Shown here piece by piece: positions 39,819-50,252 of a stretch of 64,000 bases of DNA. Source of the stretch: Chloroflexota bacterium (GTDB lineage Bacteria; Chloroflexota; Dehalococcoidia; Lucifugimonadales; Lucifugimonadaceae); contig PBHC01000012.1 in NCBI GenBank assembly GCA_002719295.1, positions 133,212-197,211 on the forward strand. Reading direction: 5' to 3'. Below the pieces are notes generated by a model. It searched no databases. It was not told where the DNA came from and worked only from the letters and a program-made list of their open reading frames with translations. A program made the position numbers and the translations under genes. Position 1 is the stretch's first letter. Every line of letters starts with the position of its first letter.

Positions 39819-39907
39819 TTTATGAACAATCTGTATTTGTTTATTCTTATATATATTAACACATCATAATTTATAATTGTTAAGAGACTATTAATAATGT
39901 TATCCCA

Positions 39908-40996
39908 ATGGAAGATATATATAACTTAACGAAAAAACAAATTATTGAACTTATGGAAAAAAATAATTTTCCAAAATTTCGAGTGGATCAATTATGGAGA
40001 TATTTGTATAAAAATGATCTAAATAAATTTGATGATATGACGAATATTTCAAAAGAATTAATTGTTTTTTTAAAGAAATATTTTTATATAGGAAGTGTAG
40101 AAGAAGTTAGAAGTATTATTTCGAAGGACAAATCAACATATAAAAGTTTATTTTCATTAAAAGATCGCCAAAATGTAGAATCAGTATTGATGAATTATCC
40201 TTCAGATGATCATAGAAAACCTAGAAAAACTATTTGTATTTCAAGTCAGGTAGGGTGTGCATTAGGATGTACTTTTTGCGCAACTGGGCAACAAGGCTTT
40301 ACGAGGCATCTATCTTCAGGTGAAATTATTTCTCAGGTACTTTATTATAAGCAATTAGATAATAAAGGTTTTTTTGATAAAGTCCTAGATAAACCAGAAA
40401 AATCCTATAAAGGGATAAAAAATATTGTTTTTATGGGAATGGGCGAACCTTTAGCAAATTATGAAAATACTATTAATGCAATTAGGATATTAAATGATAG
40501 CCAAGGCACAAATTTTGGTGCTAGAAATATCACTGTTTCTACAGTTGGATTAGTTCCACAGATCTTAAAATTAGCAGATGAAAAAATACAAATAAATTTA
40601 GCTGTATCTATCCATGCTCCTGATAATGAAACAAGATCTCAAACAGTACCAGTAAATAAAAGGTATCCAATAGAAATGTTAATCGATGCATGTAAGGAAT
40701 ATATAAAAAAAACAAATAGGAAAATATTTTTTGAATATGTTTTATTAAATCAACAAAATGATACGTTAGATCATGCTAAAAAATTAGGTTTACTACTGAA
40801 AGATTTGTTATGTCATGTAAATCTAATTCCGGTAAATCCTACTCCAAAATCAGATTTTTATAGATCTAAGTCTGAAGAAATAAAGCTTTTTCAAAATAAA
40901 TTAAATTCCTACGGGGTTCCGTCAACTGTTCGAATGGAAAAAGGTATTGAAGTTAGTGCAGGATGTGGACAATTGGCAAAATCTAATTCTTATTAA
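39908..40996 (+). CDS. rlmN: dual-specificity RNA methyltransferase RlmN
   Basis: CISSQVGCALGCTFC, MGMGEP, STVG, GCGQL. Confidence 0.95.
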   Translation: MEDIYNLTKKQIIELMEKNNFPKFRVDQLWRYLYKNDLNKFDDMTNISKELIVFLKKYFYIGSVEEVRSIISKDKSTYKSLFSLKDRQNVESVLMNYPSDDHRKPRKTICISSQVGCALGCTFCATGQQGFTRHLSSGEIISQVLYYKQLDNKGFFDKVLDKPEKSYKGIKNIVFMGMGEPLANYENTINAIRILNDSQGTNFGARNITVSTVGLVPQILKLADEKIQINLAVSIHAPDNETRSQTVPVNKRYPIEMLIDACKEYIKKTNRKIFFEYVLLNQQNDTLDHAKKLGLLLKDLLCHVNLIPVNPTPKSDFYRSKSEEIKLFQNKLNSYGVPSTVRMEKGIEVSAGCGQLAKSNSY

Positions 40997-43905
40997 TAAT
41001 CTATAGCTTCTGCTAAAACTTCTACTAGATATTTTGGATTTTTATTAGAAAGATCTTTTATTTGATCATGGCAAGATATTCCTGTAACAATAATCTCCTC
41101 GTTTTCGGAAGAATTATTTATAGTTGGTAAAAGTCTATCTTCGGCCATTTTTTTAGAAATTTCATAATGCTCTTTTTCCATTCCAAAAGAACCAGCCATA
41201 CCGCAACAACCAGCATCAATTAATTTTGCATTAAATTTTTGTGGTAAGTTTAGAGACTCTAGTGAATTACTTGTTCCATTTAAAGCTCTTTCATGGCAAT
41301 GAACAAAAAGCAATAGTTCTTTGTTTGAAGAATTCCATCTGATCTGCTGATTATTATCATCTTGAATTTGCATAAGTAAATCTTGTACAGTGAAAGTATT
41401 CTCAGAAATTTTTCTAGCCTTCTCTTTATCATCAGCTAAATCAGGGAATTCGTCTTGCATTGATGAAACACAACTTGCTTCAACTCCGACAATTTTTATG
41501 CCTTTTTTTACATATTCATACAGAAGATTTGTGTTGTAATCAACATTTTTTTTCGCATCATCAAGCAATCCTTTGGAGATCATAGTTCTCCCACAGCATT
41601 TTCTATTAGTGATTTCAACTTCATAACCTGCAGCTTCTAAAATCTTAACAGCAGATTTTCCAACTTCTGGGTGAATAAAATTTATGTGAGTATCATGGAA
41701 AAATAGGATTTTACCTCTTGATTTTGTAGTATTTGAGACTCTTTTCTTGAACCAAGATTCAAATGTATAAGTACTTATTTCGGGCATTGTCCTATTCTTA
41801 TGAATTCCTATAATTTTTTCTGTTAATATTTTTGCAAAAGGCAGTTTATTTGCCAAATTAAAAAAATAGGCTTGCGGTCCAGCTATAAATTTATATAAAA
41901 TGGGGACACTTCCCACTAATTTAGACCTTAAAGGAGTTTTGTGTTTCTTATAGTAGTTATGTAAAAATTCATATTTTATTTTTGCCATATCAACATTTGC
42001 TGGACATTCAGACTTACATGATTTACATTCGATACATAAATCCAGAACCTTTAACATTTTTTTAGAAGTTAATAAATCTTCTTTAAGTGCGCCAGAAAGA
42101 ACTCCTCTTAATGCATTTGCTCGGCCTCTTGTTGAATGTACTTCTTCTCTGGTTGCCATGTAAGATGGGCACATTGCACCTGCATTTAGCTTTCTACAAG
42201 CTCCTACTCCGATACATTTTTCTACGGCACCTTCAAAACCACCTTCTTTACTGAAATCAAGTATAGTATCTATTGTTTTTAATTTATATGATGTACCATA
42301 TCTAAGATTATCTCCCATCTTAGGTGTATCGAAAATTTTTCCAGGATTCATTATTGAATCAGGATCAAAAGCTCCTTTTAATTCTCTAAATGAGTTTATG
42401 ATTTTTGACCCATACATTTTTTCTGACCAAACACCTCTTACTATTCCATCACCATGTTCTCCACTAAGAGAACCATCAAATTCTTTAACTAAATCTGAAA
42501 TCTCGTCTGATATCTTTATCATACGATCTATACCTTCTTGATTTTTCAAGTTAATAGTTGGTCTTATATGAAGACAACCTTCAGATGCATGTCCATAGTA
42601 TCCAGCTTCTGTACCATTACTTCGAACTATTTCATCGAACCTTTTTACGTATTCAGGTAATTTTTCAGGGGAAACTGCTGTGTCCTCAACAAAAGGGATT
42701 GGTTTTTTATCTCCTGGAATATTCATCATAAGCCCTAATCCAGCTTGCCTCATAGCCCATACCTGAGATATTTTTGAAGAATCAAAAAGAGTAGTTATGG
42801 CATATGAAAGATTCAATCTTTTCATTTTTTCAGATAATTTTTGTATCTTACTTCTTACCTCGTTATCAGTTGAACCATTCATTTCAACTACCAAAATATC
42901 AGTAGGATCTCCCTGTAAAAAATCTAAGTTTCTAGAAAACCCAAGTGATTGTTTTGCTTGGGTAATGATCATTTCTCCTATATGTTCTACTGCAGCAGGT
43001 CCTTCTTCAAGAGTTGCAACTGTGGCTTCCATTGATTCTATTAAATCTTTAAAGTGCAAAATAGCTAACCCAACATATTTTGGAAGAGGTTCTAAATTTA
43101 GTTTTGCTTTTGTTACTGCTGCCAATGTTCCTTCTGAACCTACCATGATGTTAACTAAATTTAATTTATTAGAATTTGGATGAACTAAGTCAAGGTTGTA
43201 ACCACCAACTCTTCTATTTACTTTAGAGTATTTAGAATTTATTTCATCATAGTATTTTGAAGACATGCTCATTACATCTCTATAGATTTTTCCTTCTAAA
43301 TTGTCTAGTGAAATTTTATCTTCTAATCTTTTTCCTGATATTTCCTCAAAGTAAGCTTTTGAGCTATCAGATAGAATTACTTCCATCTCTTTAACTTGAT
43401 CTACTGTTTTTCCATAAATAACCGAATGTGCTCCACAAGAGTTATTACCCATTGCTCCTCCAACATTTGCCCGTGATTTTGTTGAAGGGTCAGGAGTAAA
43501 ATGTAGATTTGTATGCTTAAGACTTTGATTTAAATTATCAATAGTTATACCAGGTTCTGTTATTACAAATTTTTCTTCTGGATTGATTTCTATTACATTG
43601 TTCATATATTTAGAAAAATCCATGACAACAGCAGAGTTTACAGTTTGCCCTGATAAACTTGTCCCTCCCCCTCTTGGAAGTACAGCTGTTTTATTTTTAT
43701 TACAGATATCTATAATAGCGGATACATCATCAGGGTTTTTTGGGAGAGTAACTCCTATAGGAGTCATCTTATAAATTGAACCATCCGTTGCGTACATTTG
43801 TCTGTATACATCGTCAAAGTTAACTTCACCTTGTATACTGTTCTTCAGTTCGTGCTCTAGATAAGAATAAATATCATCCGATGTTTTTTTTCTTGCTAGA
43901 GTCAT
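40993..43905 (-). CDS. FAD-linked oxidase with Fe-S/CCG domains (YdiJ/GlcD-GlcF fusion type)
   Basis: RGGGTSLSGQ, GSEGTL, GEHGDG, CIGVGAC, CIECKSCKSECP, CCG motifs. Confidence 0.9.
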   Translation of the reverse strand: MTLARKKTSDDIYSYLEHELKNSIQGEVNFDDVYRQMYATDGSIYKMTPIGVTLPKNPDDVSAIIDICNKNKTAVLPRGGGTSLSGQTVNSAVVMDFSKYMNNVIEINPEEKFVITEPGITIDNLNQSLKHTNLHFTPDPSTKSRANVGGAMGNNSCGAHSVIYGKTVDQVKEMEVILSDSSKAYFEEISGKRLEDKISLDNLEGKIYRDVMSMSSKYYDEINSKYSKVNRRVGGYNLDLVHPNSNKLNLVNIMVGSEGTLAAVTKAKLNLEPLPKYVGLAILHFKDLIESMEATVATLEEGPAAVEHIGEMIITQAKQSLGFSRNLDFLQGDPTDILVVEMNGSTDNEVRSKIQKLSEKMKRLNLSYAITTLFDSSKISQVWAMRQAGLGLMMNIPGDKKPIPFVEDTAVSPEKLPEYVKRFDEIVRSNGTEAGYYGHASEGCLHIRPTINLKNQEGIDRMIKISDEISDLVKEFDGSLSGEHGDGIVRGVWSEKMYGSKIINSFRELKGAFDPDSIMNPGKIFDTPKMGDNLRYGTSYKLKTIDTILDFSKEGGFEGAVEKCIGVGACRKLNAGAMCPSYMATREEVHSTRGRANALRGVLSGALKEDLLTSKKMLKVLDLCIECKSCKSECPANVDMAKIKYEFLHNYYKKHKTPLRSKLVGSVPILYKFIAGPQAYFFNLANKLPFAKILTEKIIGIHKNRTMPEISTYTFESWFKKRVSNTTKSRGKILFFHDTHINFIHPEVGKSAVKILEAAGYEVEITNRKCCGRTMISKGLLDDAKKNVDYNTNLLYEYVKKGIKIVGVEASCVSSMQDEFPDLADDKEKARKISENTFTVQDLLMQIQDDNNQQIRWNSSNKELLLFVHCHERALNGTSNSLESLNLPQKFNAKLIDAGCCGMAGSFGMEKEHYEISKKMAEDRLLPTINNSSENEEIIVTGISCHDQIKDLSNKNPKYLVEVLAEAIDY

Positions 43906-43909
43906 AGAT

Positions 43910-44788
43910 TTATTTTATTGCATCTATTGTATATACCTGTTCTCCAGCAGGAGTAGAAACAGTAACTTCATCACCTGTTCTTCTACCAAGTATTGCTGCT
44001 CCGACTGGAGAAACGCTTGATATTTTTCCTACAAGAGGATTTGCCTCGTTGGCTTCAACTAGTTGATACTCTTGATTATTTTTACTTTGATGATTTTTTA
44101 CAGTTACTTTAGAACCTATAACTATTTGATCACCTTGAGAACTACTATCTATTATATTGGCTACTTTTAGTATTGCTTCAATTTCATATATTTTGGAATT
44201 AACCATCTCTATTTTTTCTCTTGCAGCATCTAAAGGAGCATTCTCTCTGATATCCCCATCAGCTGCCGCTTTTCTTACTTCTTCAGCTAATGTCGGCATT
44301 TCAGTTTTGTAATCTTTAAGCTGTTTTTCATAATCTTTGTATCCAGCTTCAGTTAAATTTATCTCTAATCCTTTAGTTTCTTCTAACTTTTTAGTTATTT
44401 TACCTACATTTGATTTTTTCATTCTAAGGTGAGAAGCTAAATTTCCGCTTGATAATTCATTGATCTTAAGAAAGGTAAGAAATTTTTTTATATAAGCTAC
44501 TTTTTGTGGAGCAGTATCTGTACTTGTTCTTTTTGCAAATTCATCAGAATAAGAGCCGATTTCAGAAGGTGTTATTGTTTTGATTTCTCTTTCGGGGCCA
44601 ATCCACCTTACAAGTCTACCAATTTCTTGTTGAGCAATATTGTTTAGTTTTCTTGGTGAATTTTGAACGTAATATTGGAATGCAGATGTAAGATCAACTA
44701 AATCTAATTCCGTAATTTCTTCAGTATTTTTCTCTTCAGAAGTTGTTTTTTTAGTCAATTTAGCCCCCACAGATAAATTTCGTATCAT
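43910..44788 (-). CDS. greA: transcription elongation factor GreA with N-terminal extra domain
   Basis: LTEAGY, GDIRENA, IGSKV, ISSVSPVGAAILG; about 140-aa N-terminal extension. Confidence 0.9.
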   Translation of the reverse strand: MIRNLSVGAKLTKKTTSEEKNTEEITELDLVDLTSAFQYYVQNSPRKLNNIAQQEIGRLVRWIGPEREIKTITPSEIGSYSDEFAKRTSTDTAPQKVAYIKKFLTFLKINELSSGNLASHLRMKKSNVGKITKKLEETKGLEINLTEAGYKDYEKQLKDYKTEMPTLAEEVRKAAADGDIRENAPLDAAREKIEMVNSKIYEIEAILKVANIIDSSSQGDQIVIGSKVTVKNHQSKNNQEYQLVEANEANPLVGKISSVSPVGAAILGRRTGDEVTVSTPAGEQVYTIDAIK

Positions 44789-44942
44789 TCTATTTTAAAT
44801 CAAATCTTAGTTAAATGTGTTTCAAATAGTCATGTTTTTGTAAAGAAACAATTCTTTTTGGAGTTTTTTTTGATAATATTAAATAATTATTACAAGTAAA
44901 AAATATTAAAAAAGAAATTATCCAGAGAAGAATTTAACTCAA

Positions 44943-45080
44943 ATGCCAAAAAGAACTTACCAACCAAAAAATAGAAGAAGATCTAGAGTACATGGATTCA
45001 GAAGTAGAATGAGAACTCCTAGTGGGAGAAGAGTTTTGGCTAGAAGAAGAAGCAAGGGTCGTGAAAGACTAACTGTATAA
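44943..45080 (+). CDS. rpmH: 50S ribosomal protein L34 (absent from ORF track)
   Basis: [45 protein letters not shown]. Confidence 0.97.
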   Translation: MPKRTYQPKNRRRSRVHGFRSRMRTPSGRRVLARRRSKGRERLTV

Positions 45081-45088
45081 ACTGAATT

Positions 45089-45418
45089 TTGGAAGTAAAA
45101 AGTCTAAATAATAAATCAGATTTTTCTAAACTAAGAAAATATGGAAAAAGAAACAATTCAAATTTTGTTACTCTGATTACCTTAACTTACAAGATAAACG
45201 ATTTTAGACTCGGTTTTCAAATAAATACGAAAACAGGCAATGCAGTTTTTAGGAATAGAATAAGAAGACAAATTAAGCATATCTTATTCGAGTTGTTTGA
45301 TAAGTATGATAAAGATCCTTCAAAAAAAGGATTATGGATACTGGTTAGCGTAAATCCTAAAATTGAAAAATTTGATTTCTCTGAATATAAATCTTTTTTA
45401 GAAAAAATAGATTTATAG
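45089..45418 (+). CDS. rnpA: RNase P protein component
   Basis: RLGF....KTGNAVFRNRIRR (RNR motif); follows rpmH. Confidence 0.92.
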   Translation: MEVKSLNNKSDFSKLRKYGKRNNSNFVTLITLTYKINDFRLGFQINTKTGNAVFRNRIRRQIKHILFELFDKYDKDPSKKGLWILVSVNPKIEKFDFSEYKSFLEKIDL

Positions 45419-45427
45419 GTTTATAAA

Positions 45428-46837
45428 ATGAAAATTTATTCAGCAAATAAGTCGCTGAAAAATTTAATGATTCAGTTACTGACTTTTTATAAGTTGGCTA
45501 TATCACCTTATATTAGTTCTCAATGCTCCTTTTCTGAGACTTGTTCAGAATTTTCTAAAAGAGCTATTTTTGAAAAAGGTATCCTTGTTGGCGTATTTAT
45601 AACGTTTATAAGATTAATTTTATGTACACTTTTTCCATTTCTAAATTACTTTAGAAAATTAAAAATCAAATTAATATATTTATTTAGTCCTTTGCTTTTA
45701 TTTTTATTTATATCTTGTATGAGCTTTTCATATGAAGGAGGATGGTCTGATATCGTTTATTTAGAAGAAGATGATTCTTATTTTGTAACTACTAATCAAG
45801 GTAGGTTGCATAAATTTAACCTTTCAGAAGGAATTCCTGTCACACAGTGGTCCTATCCTAAAGAATCTAAAAATACTTCTTACTCAAATCCTATTTTTTA
45901 TGAAAATTCTGTGATAAGTTCAAATTTTTCATGTAGAGGAAAATCATGTGAAGGTGAGGTTTTTCAACTTGATATTGGCACAGGAGAATTAGAATGGAAT
46001 ATTAATACCTTATCTAAAATTAGTTCAAAAATATCTATCAATAAAGATATTCTCGTTTACTCAACTCTTAAGAAACAAACAGAAGTTTCAAATGATAAAG
46101 AAGCTGAGATACACTTTATATCATTATCAGGTAAAAATTATGAGAATTTAGGTAAAATTACTCTTGAGGGAGAGATTTGGACAGGAGTTGAATTATTTGA
46201 GGATAAATTCGTAGTTTCTACTTTGGATGGCTGGATATATATCTTAGATGCTAATATAGATGACTCAAAAAATATTAATCTAGAAAATTTACTTGTAGAT
46301 TCAAAAAAGTTCCCTTATTCAATAAATTCTCCGATATCTTTTGATAATAATAAACTCTATTTTTCTGATGTATCAGGGACATTTTATTCTACAAATATTA
46401 ATGACCTTGATGAATATAAATCTTCAGATATTGATAACTGGATGATTTCTTCTCCTGTTTTTTATAACGATAGTATATATGTTTTCACTGTAAATGGAGA
46501 TTTGCTAATTCTTGATCGATCAAATCTAGATATAAAAGATAAATATTATACCGAAAAAATAATTGTAGGGGATCCAAAGTTAGTTTCTTATGATGGAAGA
46601 GAATATATTTTAATTCCTACAGAAAAAAAAGGTATAGAGGTATTAAGTAATAATAGTGTGAATTTTGCTGAAAGCCAAGGAAATTATCCTACTGATAAAA
46701 AAATATATAGTTCTCCTATTGTAAATAAAGATAATCTAATAATTCATTCACAAAAAGGAGAAATTTTATTTTTCAGATTAAAGTCTAGAGATCTATTTTA
46801 TTGTTTGAATTTAAACGAAGGAAAAATTTGTGATTAA
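45428..46837 (+). CDS. YidD-like domain fused to a PQQ/BamB-like beta-propeller
   Basis: N-terminal FYKLAISP...QCSFSETCS..AI..KG...G...RLILC; TM/lipobox-like segment; propeller repeats (QWSY, TGELEW, SSPV, SSPI). Confidence 0.75.
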   Translation: MKIYSANKSLKNLMIQLLTFYKLAISPYISSQCSFSETCSEFSKRAIFEKGILVGVFITFIRLILCTLFPFLNYFRKLKIKLIYLFSPLLLFLFISCMSFSYEGGWSDIVYLEEDDSYFVTTNQGRLHKFNLSEGIPVTQWSYPKESKNTSYSNPIFYENSVISSNFSCRGKSCEGEVFQLDIGTGELEWNINTLSKISSKISINKDILVYSTLKKQTEVSNDKEAEIHFISLSGKNYENLGKITLEGEIWTGVELFEDKFVVSTLDGWIYILDANIDDSKNINLENLLVDSKKFPYSINSPISFDNNKLYFSDVSGTFYSTNINDLDEYKSSDIDNWMISSPVFYNDSIYVFTVNGDLLILDRSNLDIKDKYYTEKIIVGDPKLVSYDGREYILIPTEKKGIEVLSNNSVNFAESQGNYPTDKKIYSSPIVNKDNLIIHSQKGEILFFRLKSRDLFYCLNLNEGKICD

Positions 46838-46842
46838 TTAAA

Positions 46843-47802
46843 ATGAATATTTTTAGCTTATTTTGGAACAATTTAATAATGAAACCTATGATCAACAGTT
46901 TATCTATACTGTATGATCTTTTAGGCGATAATTTAGGTCTATCAATTATTTCATTTACAATTATTATTCGATTTGTTCTTATTCCACTCACAATCAGGCA
47001 GACAAAGCAAATGAAAAAAATGCAAGAACTGCAACCTCAGCTTCAGGCTATTCAAAATAAATATAAAAATAAAACAGCACAAACTAGACAAAAAATCCAA
47101 CAGGAGACAATGGCTTTATATAAAGAAGCAGGAGTTAATCCAATAGGTTGTTTAGGTCCATTAATAATTCAAATGCCTATATGGATTGGTTTGTATAGAG
47201 CAATATTTAAAAGTGCTCCATCTTCTCCTGAAGGTTTTGTTGAACTTTCAAAAAACTTTTATTCTTGGAATCAATCAATTTCAAAAGTTCCATATAATAC
47301 TGAATTTTTAGGTATAGATCTTGTGGATTTTGTTCAATATGCTCCATCTCCCTGGCAATTTGCCTTACCGGTGATAGTTGGATTATCAATGTTCATACAG
47401 CAAAAATTTACAACTTCTCCTTCAACAGACCCTAGGCAACAGCAAACACAACAAATGATGCTTTGGATGATGCCAATAATGTTTGGGGTTTTTACATGGC
47501 AATTTCCTGCAGGTCTTGCAGTATATATTCTTTTTTCAAATATTATCGGTATTTTTATACAATATTTCGTCGGAGGAAAACAACCAATAATGCTTTTTGG
47601 AAAACTATTCTTTGGAACAGAAGAATCTAGAACAATATATCTTCAAAAATTAAGTGATCAAAAGAATAGTACTAATAATAAACAAAAAATAGAAAACAAT
47701 AAGGAGGAAACTGATGAACCCAAGGATATTCAAAGGGAGAACAGTAGAAGAAGCAACCGAAGAGGCTCTAAAAACGCTAAACGAAGATCTAGAAAATCTT
47801 GA
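46843..47802 (+). CDS. yidC: membrane protein insertase YidC
   Basis: GLSII.FTIIIR..LIPL, LQP, GVNPIGCL..IIQMP, PAGLAVY. Confidence 0.95.
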   Translation: MNIFSLFWNNLIMKPMINSLSILYDLLGDNLGLSIISFTIIIRFVLIPLTIRQTKQMKKMQELQPQLQAIQNKYKNKTAQTRQKIQQETMALYKEAGVNPIGCLGPLIIQMPIWIGLYRAIFKSAPSSPEGFVELSKNFYSWNQSISKVPYNTEFLGIDLVDFVQYAPSPWQFALPVIVGLSMFIQQKFTTSPSTDPRQQQTQQMMLWMMPIMFGVFTWQFPAGLAVYILFSNIIGIFIQYFVGGKQPIMLFGKLFFGTEESRTIYLQKLSDQKNSTNNKQKIENNKEETDEPKDIQRENSRRSNRRGSKNAKRRSRKS

Positions 47803-48529
47803 AATTAAGATTATTGATACGGGTAGGAATGGTATTTTAGGTCTAGGAGGGCACCCTGCTGAGATCGAAGTTTATATTTTAGGAGAACCTAAATCTGAGC
47901 CTGAAAAAGCAAAGAAACCTATTAGAAAAACTAATAAAGATACAAAGCCTAGAAAAAAAGCTGTATCAAAAAAATCTGATAAATCAGAAAAGAAATCTAA
48001 TGAAGATTCAAAAATTAAAAGAGAATCTAAAAAAGATTCTGAAAAAGAAATACCTATGGCTACGGAAAAAGATCCAGAGATAGAAGAGGCCGTAGGAAAA
48101 ATTTTGAATAACTTGATTAATTCTACAGGTTTAGATGCAGATGTATACGTAAGAGACCAAATGGAAGAAGGTTCAATAGTTTTTGAGCTTGAAGGTAAAG
48201 ACTCTGGTTTGTTGATCGGAAGGAGAGGAGAAACATTATCTTCATTGGAGTATCTAGTAAGATTGATGGCTAGTAAAGCTTTGGATAAAAGAGCTAACAT
48301 TATGATTGACGTGGAAGATTACAGGTTAAGAAGAAAAGAAAAATTAGAAAATATTGCAATAAAAACAGCAGAAAAAGTTTCTAAAACAGGTAAAAGAATA
48401 ACATTAGAACCAATGTCACCTGCCGACAGGAGAATTGTACATATGACTCTTGCTGAAATGAAAAATGTTACTACTCAGAGTAGAGGAGAGGGTCTTCACA
48501 GGAAAGTAGTAATTAATCCAGCAGATTAA
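47714..48529 (+). CDS. jag: Jag/EloR (KhpB) RNA-binding protein
   Basis: GRTVEEA, KH LIGRRGETL, R3H RRIVH. Confidence 0.93.
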   Translation: MNPRIFKGRTVEEATEEALKTLNEDLENLEIKIIDTGRNGILGLGGHPAEIEVYILGEPKSEPEKAKKPIRKTNKDTKPRKKAVSKKSDKSEKKSNEDSKIKRESKKDSEKEIPMATEKDPEIEEAVGKILNNLINSTGLDADVYVRDQMEEGSIVFELEGKDSGLLIGRRGETLSSLEYLVRLMASKALDKRANIMIDVEDYRLRRKEKLENIAIKTAEKVSKTGKRITLEPMSPADRRIVHMTLAEMKNVTTQSRGEGLHRKVVINPAD

Positions 48530-48532
48530 TAG

Positions 48533-49360
48533 ATGAATAATATTTTAGTAATAGGTAATCCAACTGTTGATTTTGTAAAAGGAAAATGCTTTGGACCAGG
48601 AGGACCTGTTACATATGTTGCAAATTCATTGTCAAAGCTTGGTGAAAAAAAAATACATATTCTTACAAGCTTTGGAGAAGATTTTTCTATAGAAAATTTT
48701 ACAGAGAAGAGTAACTTATTTAGAATTGAATCTGAATTTACAAATAAGTTTAATTTTTTTTTTAAATCAGAAATTAGAGAAATTCACGCTAACTCTTATG
48801 GGAAGAAATTGAAAATTACTGATTTGAAATTAAATTTTACACCTGAAATTATTTATATTTCACCTGTTCTTAATGAATTTTCGATTTTTGAAACTAAACT
48901 ACTGATGAAAAAATTCAAGAAATCATTTTTTATTGGAATGCCACAAGGTTGGATTAGAAAACTAAAAACAGATGTGGTGAGAATAGATTTTTCTGATATA
49001 AAAAAAATCCCTTTTTTTGATATTTTGTTTTTTTCAGAAGAAGAAATATTAAATACCAGCATAAATATAGAACAATTTAGAAAACTGGCGAAAATTTTGG
49101 TTATAACAAGAGGGGATAAAGGTTCTTCTATTTATAGCGGGGAAAATAGCTTTGAATTCCCTTCAAAAAGAGTTAAGTCATTAAGCACTATTGGTGCAGG
49201 AGATATATTTGCAACAGTTTTTTCTCACACATTCTTTCATTCAAAAAATATTTCATTTGCGGCACAGTTAGCAAATGAAATAGCAGCTAAAAGCACTATG
49301 TATAGGGGATTAAAAAGTATCAATTCTGATGTTTTTAAGATTGCTATGAAAAGAAAATAG
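48533..49360 (+). CDS. PfkB-family sugar kinase
   Basis: PGG.VTY, PQGW.R, TRGDKG, TIGAGDIF. Confidence 0.85.
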   Translation: MNNILVIGNPTVDFVKGKCFGPGGPVTYVANSLSKLGEKKIHILTSFGEDFSIENFTEKSNLFRIESEFTNKFNFFFKSEIREIHANSYGKKLKITDLKLNFTPEIIYISPVLNEFSIFETKLLMKKFKKSFFIGMPQGWIRKLKTDVVRIDFSDIKKIPFFDILFFSEEEILNTSINIEQFRKLAKILVITRGDKGSSIYSGENSFEFPSKRVKSLSTIGAGDIFATVFSHTFFHSKNISFAAQLANEIAAKSTMYRGLKSINSDVFKIAMKRK

Positions 49361-50252
49361 AGATTAGATACAAAAGTACTGATAGTTGAATAAAAAAGTC
49401 TTTTGTAATTATTGTTTCTGGAGATTCCCCTCGAGTATTCCCGTTTGTGATAGAAAAATATCTTATAATCCCAGAGCTAAAAAATATTATTGTAATAATA
49501 AATATCAAGTTTCTTTGATCTGAAATTATTTCTGAAATTGCATATGTTAAATATAAAATAATATTTATTGTCAAAAGAAATGATTTTATCTTTATGTTTG
49601 CTAAATTATTATAAAAAATAACAATCTTATCATCTCTAAAATTACCTTTATTTGTTTCGCTTGTTCTTTTGATAATGATTAGAAATAGAGTAGAAAAAAA
49701 AGTTAATATATAAAGCCAAAGGGAAATATTTAATGTTATTGAATATGCTCCTGCTATCATTCTGATGATGTAGAAAATAGTAACAGAAATTGAGTCAATC
49801 AAGATTATTCTTTTTAATTTCAAACTATACAAAACACTCAAAGCCAAGTAAGTGAAGAACATATAAAGGACATAAAAATTTACTGATATAGAAAAGATTA
49901 AACCAAATGCAAGTAATAGCAGTATATAAATGTAAAATTCTTTTAAACTTATCTGATTATTTGCAATAGGTCTGAGTTTTTTTGCAGGATGCTTTTTATC
50001 ATATTCTTTGTCTATCCAATCATTGATTTGATAACCTATTATCGAGCAACAAGAAAATGCCAAGAAGCAAAAAAAACTACTAACTAAAGAACTTAAAATT
50101 GCATTTGGAAGCCATTCTTCTAATGTAAAAATCAAGGGAATGAAAACTACGGAGTTCTTAAGTGTTTGTTTGGGTCTAGCAGATATGATGAATTTGTTCA
50201 TAAATAAATTTCTCTGTTGATAAATGTTTTGTATTCTTTTCAAATAATTCAA
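49344..50252 (-). CDS. UbiA-family prenyltransferase (decaprenyl-phosphate phosphoribosyltransferase-like); start may be 50201
   Basis: RPKQ..KN, Y.IND..D..YD..HP.K..RPIA, YSLKLK, KR..E. Confidence 0.85.
   Translation of the reverse strand: MNYLKRIQNIYQQRNLFMNKFIISARPKQTLKNSVVFIPLIFTLEEWLPNAILSSLVSSFFCFLAFSCCSIIGYQINDWIDKEYDKKHPAKKLRPIANNQISLKEFYIYILLLLAFGLIFSISVNFYVLYMFFTYLALSVLYSLKLKRIILIDSISVTIFYIIRMIAGAYSITLNISLWLYILTFFSTLFLIIIKRTSETNKGNFRDDKIVIFYNNLANIKIKSFLLTINIILYLTYAISEIISDQRNLIFIITIIFFSSGIIRYFSITNGNTRGESPETIITKDFFIQLSVLLYLISIFFS

Noticed and set aside
44789..44942. Possible oriC upstream of rpmH
   Set aside because: No dnaA adjacent, and only one mismatched DnaA-box-like 9-mer (TTATCCAGA, 44918-44926)
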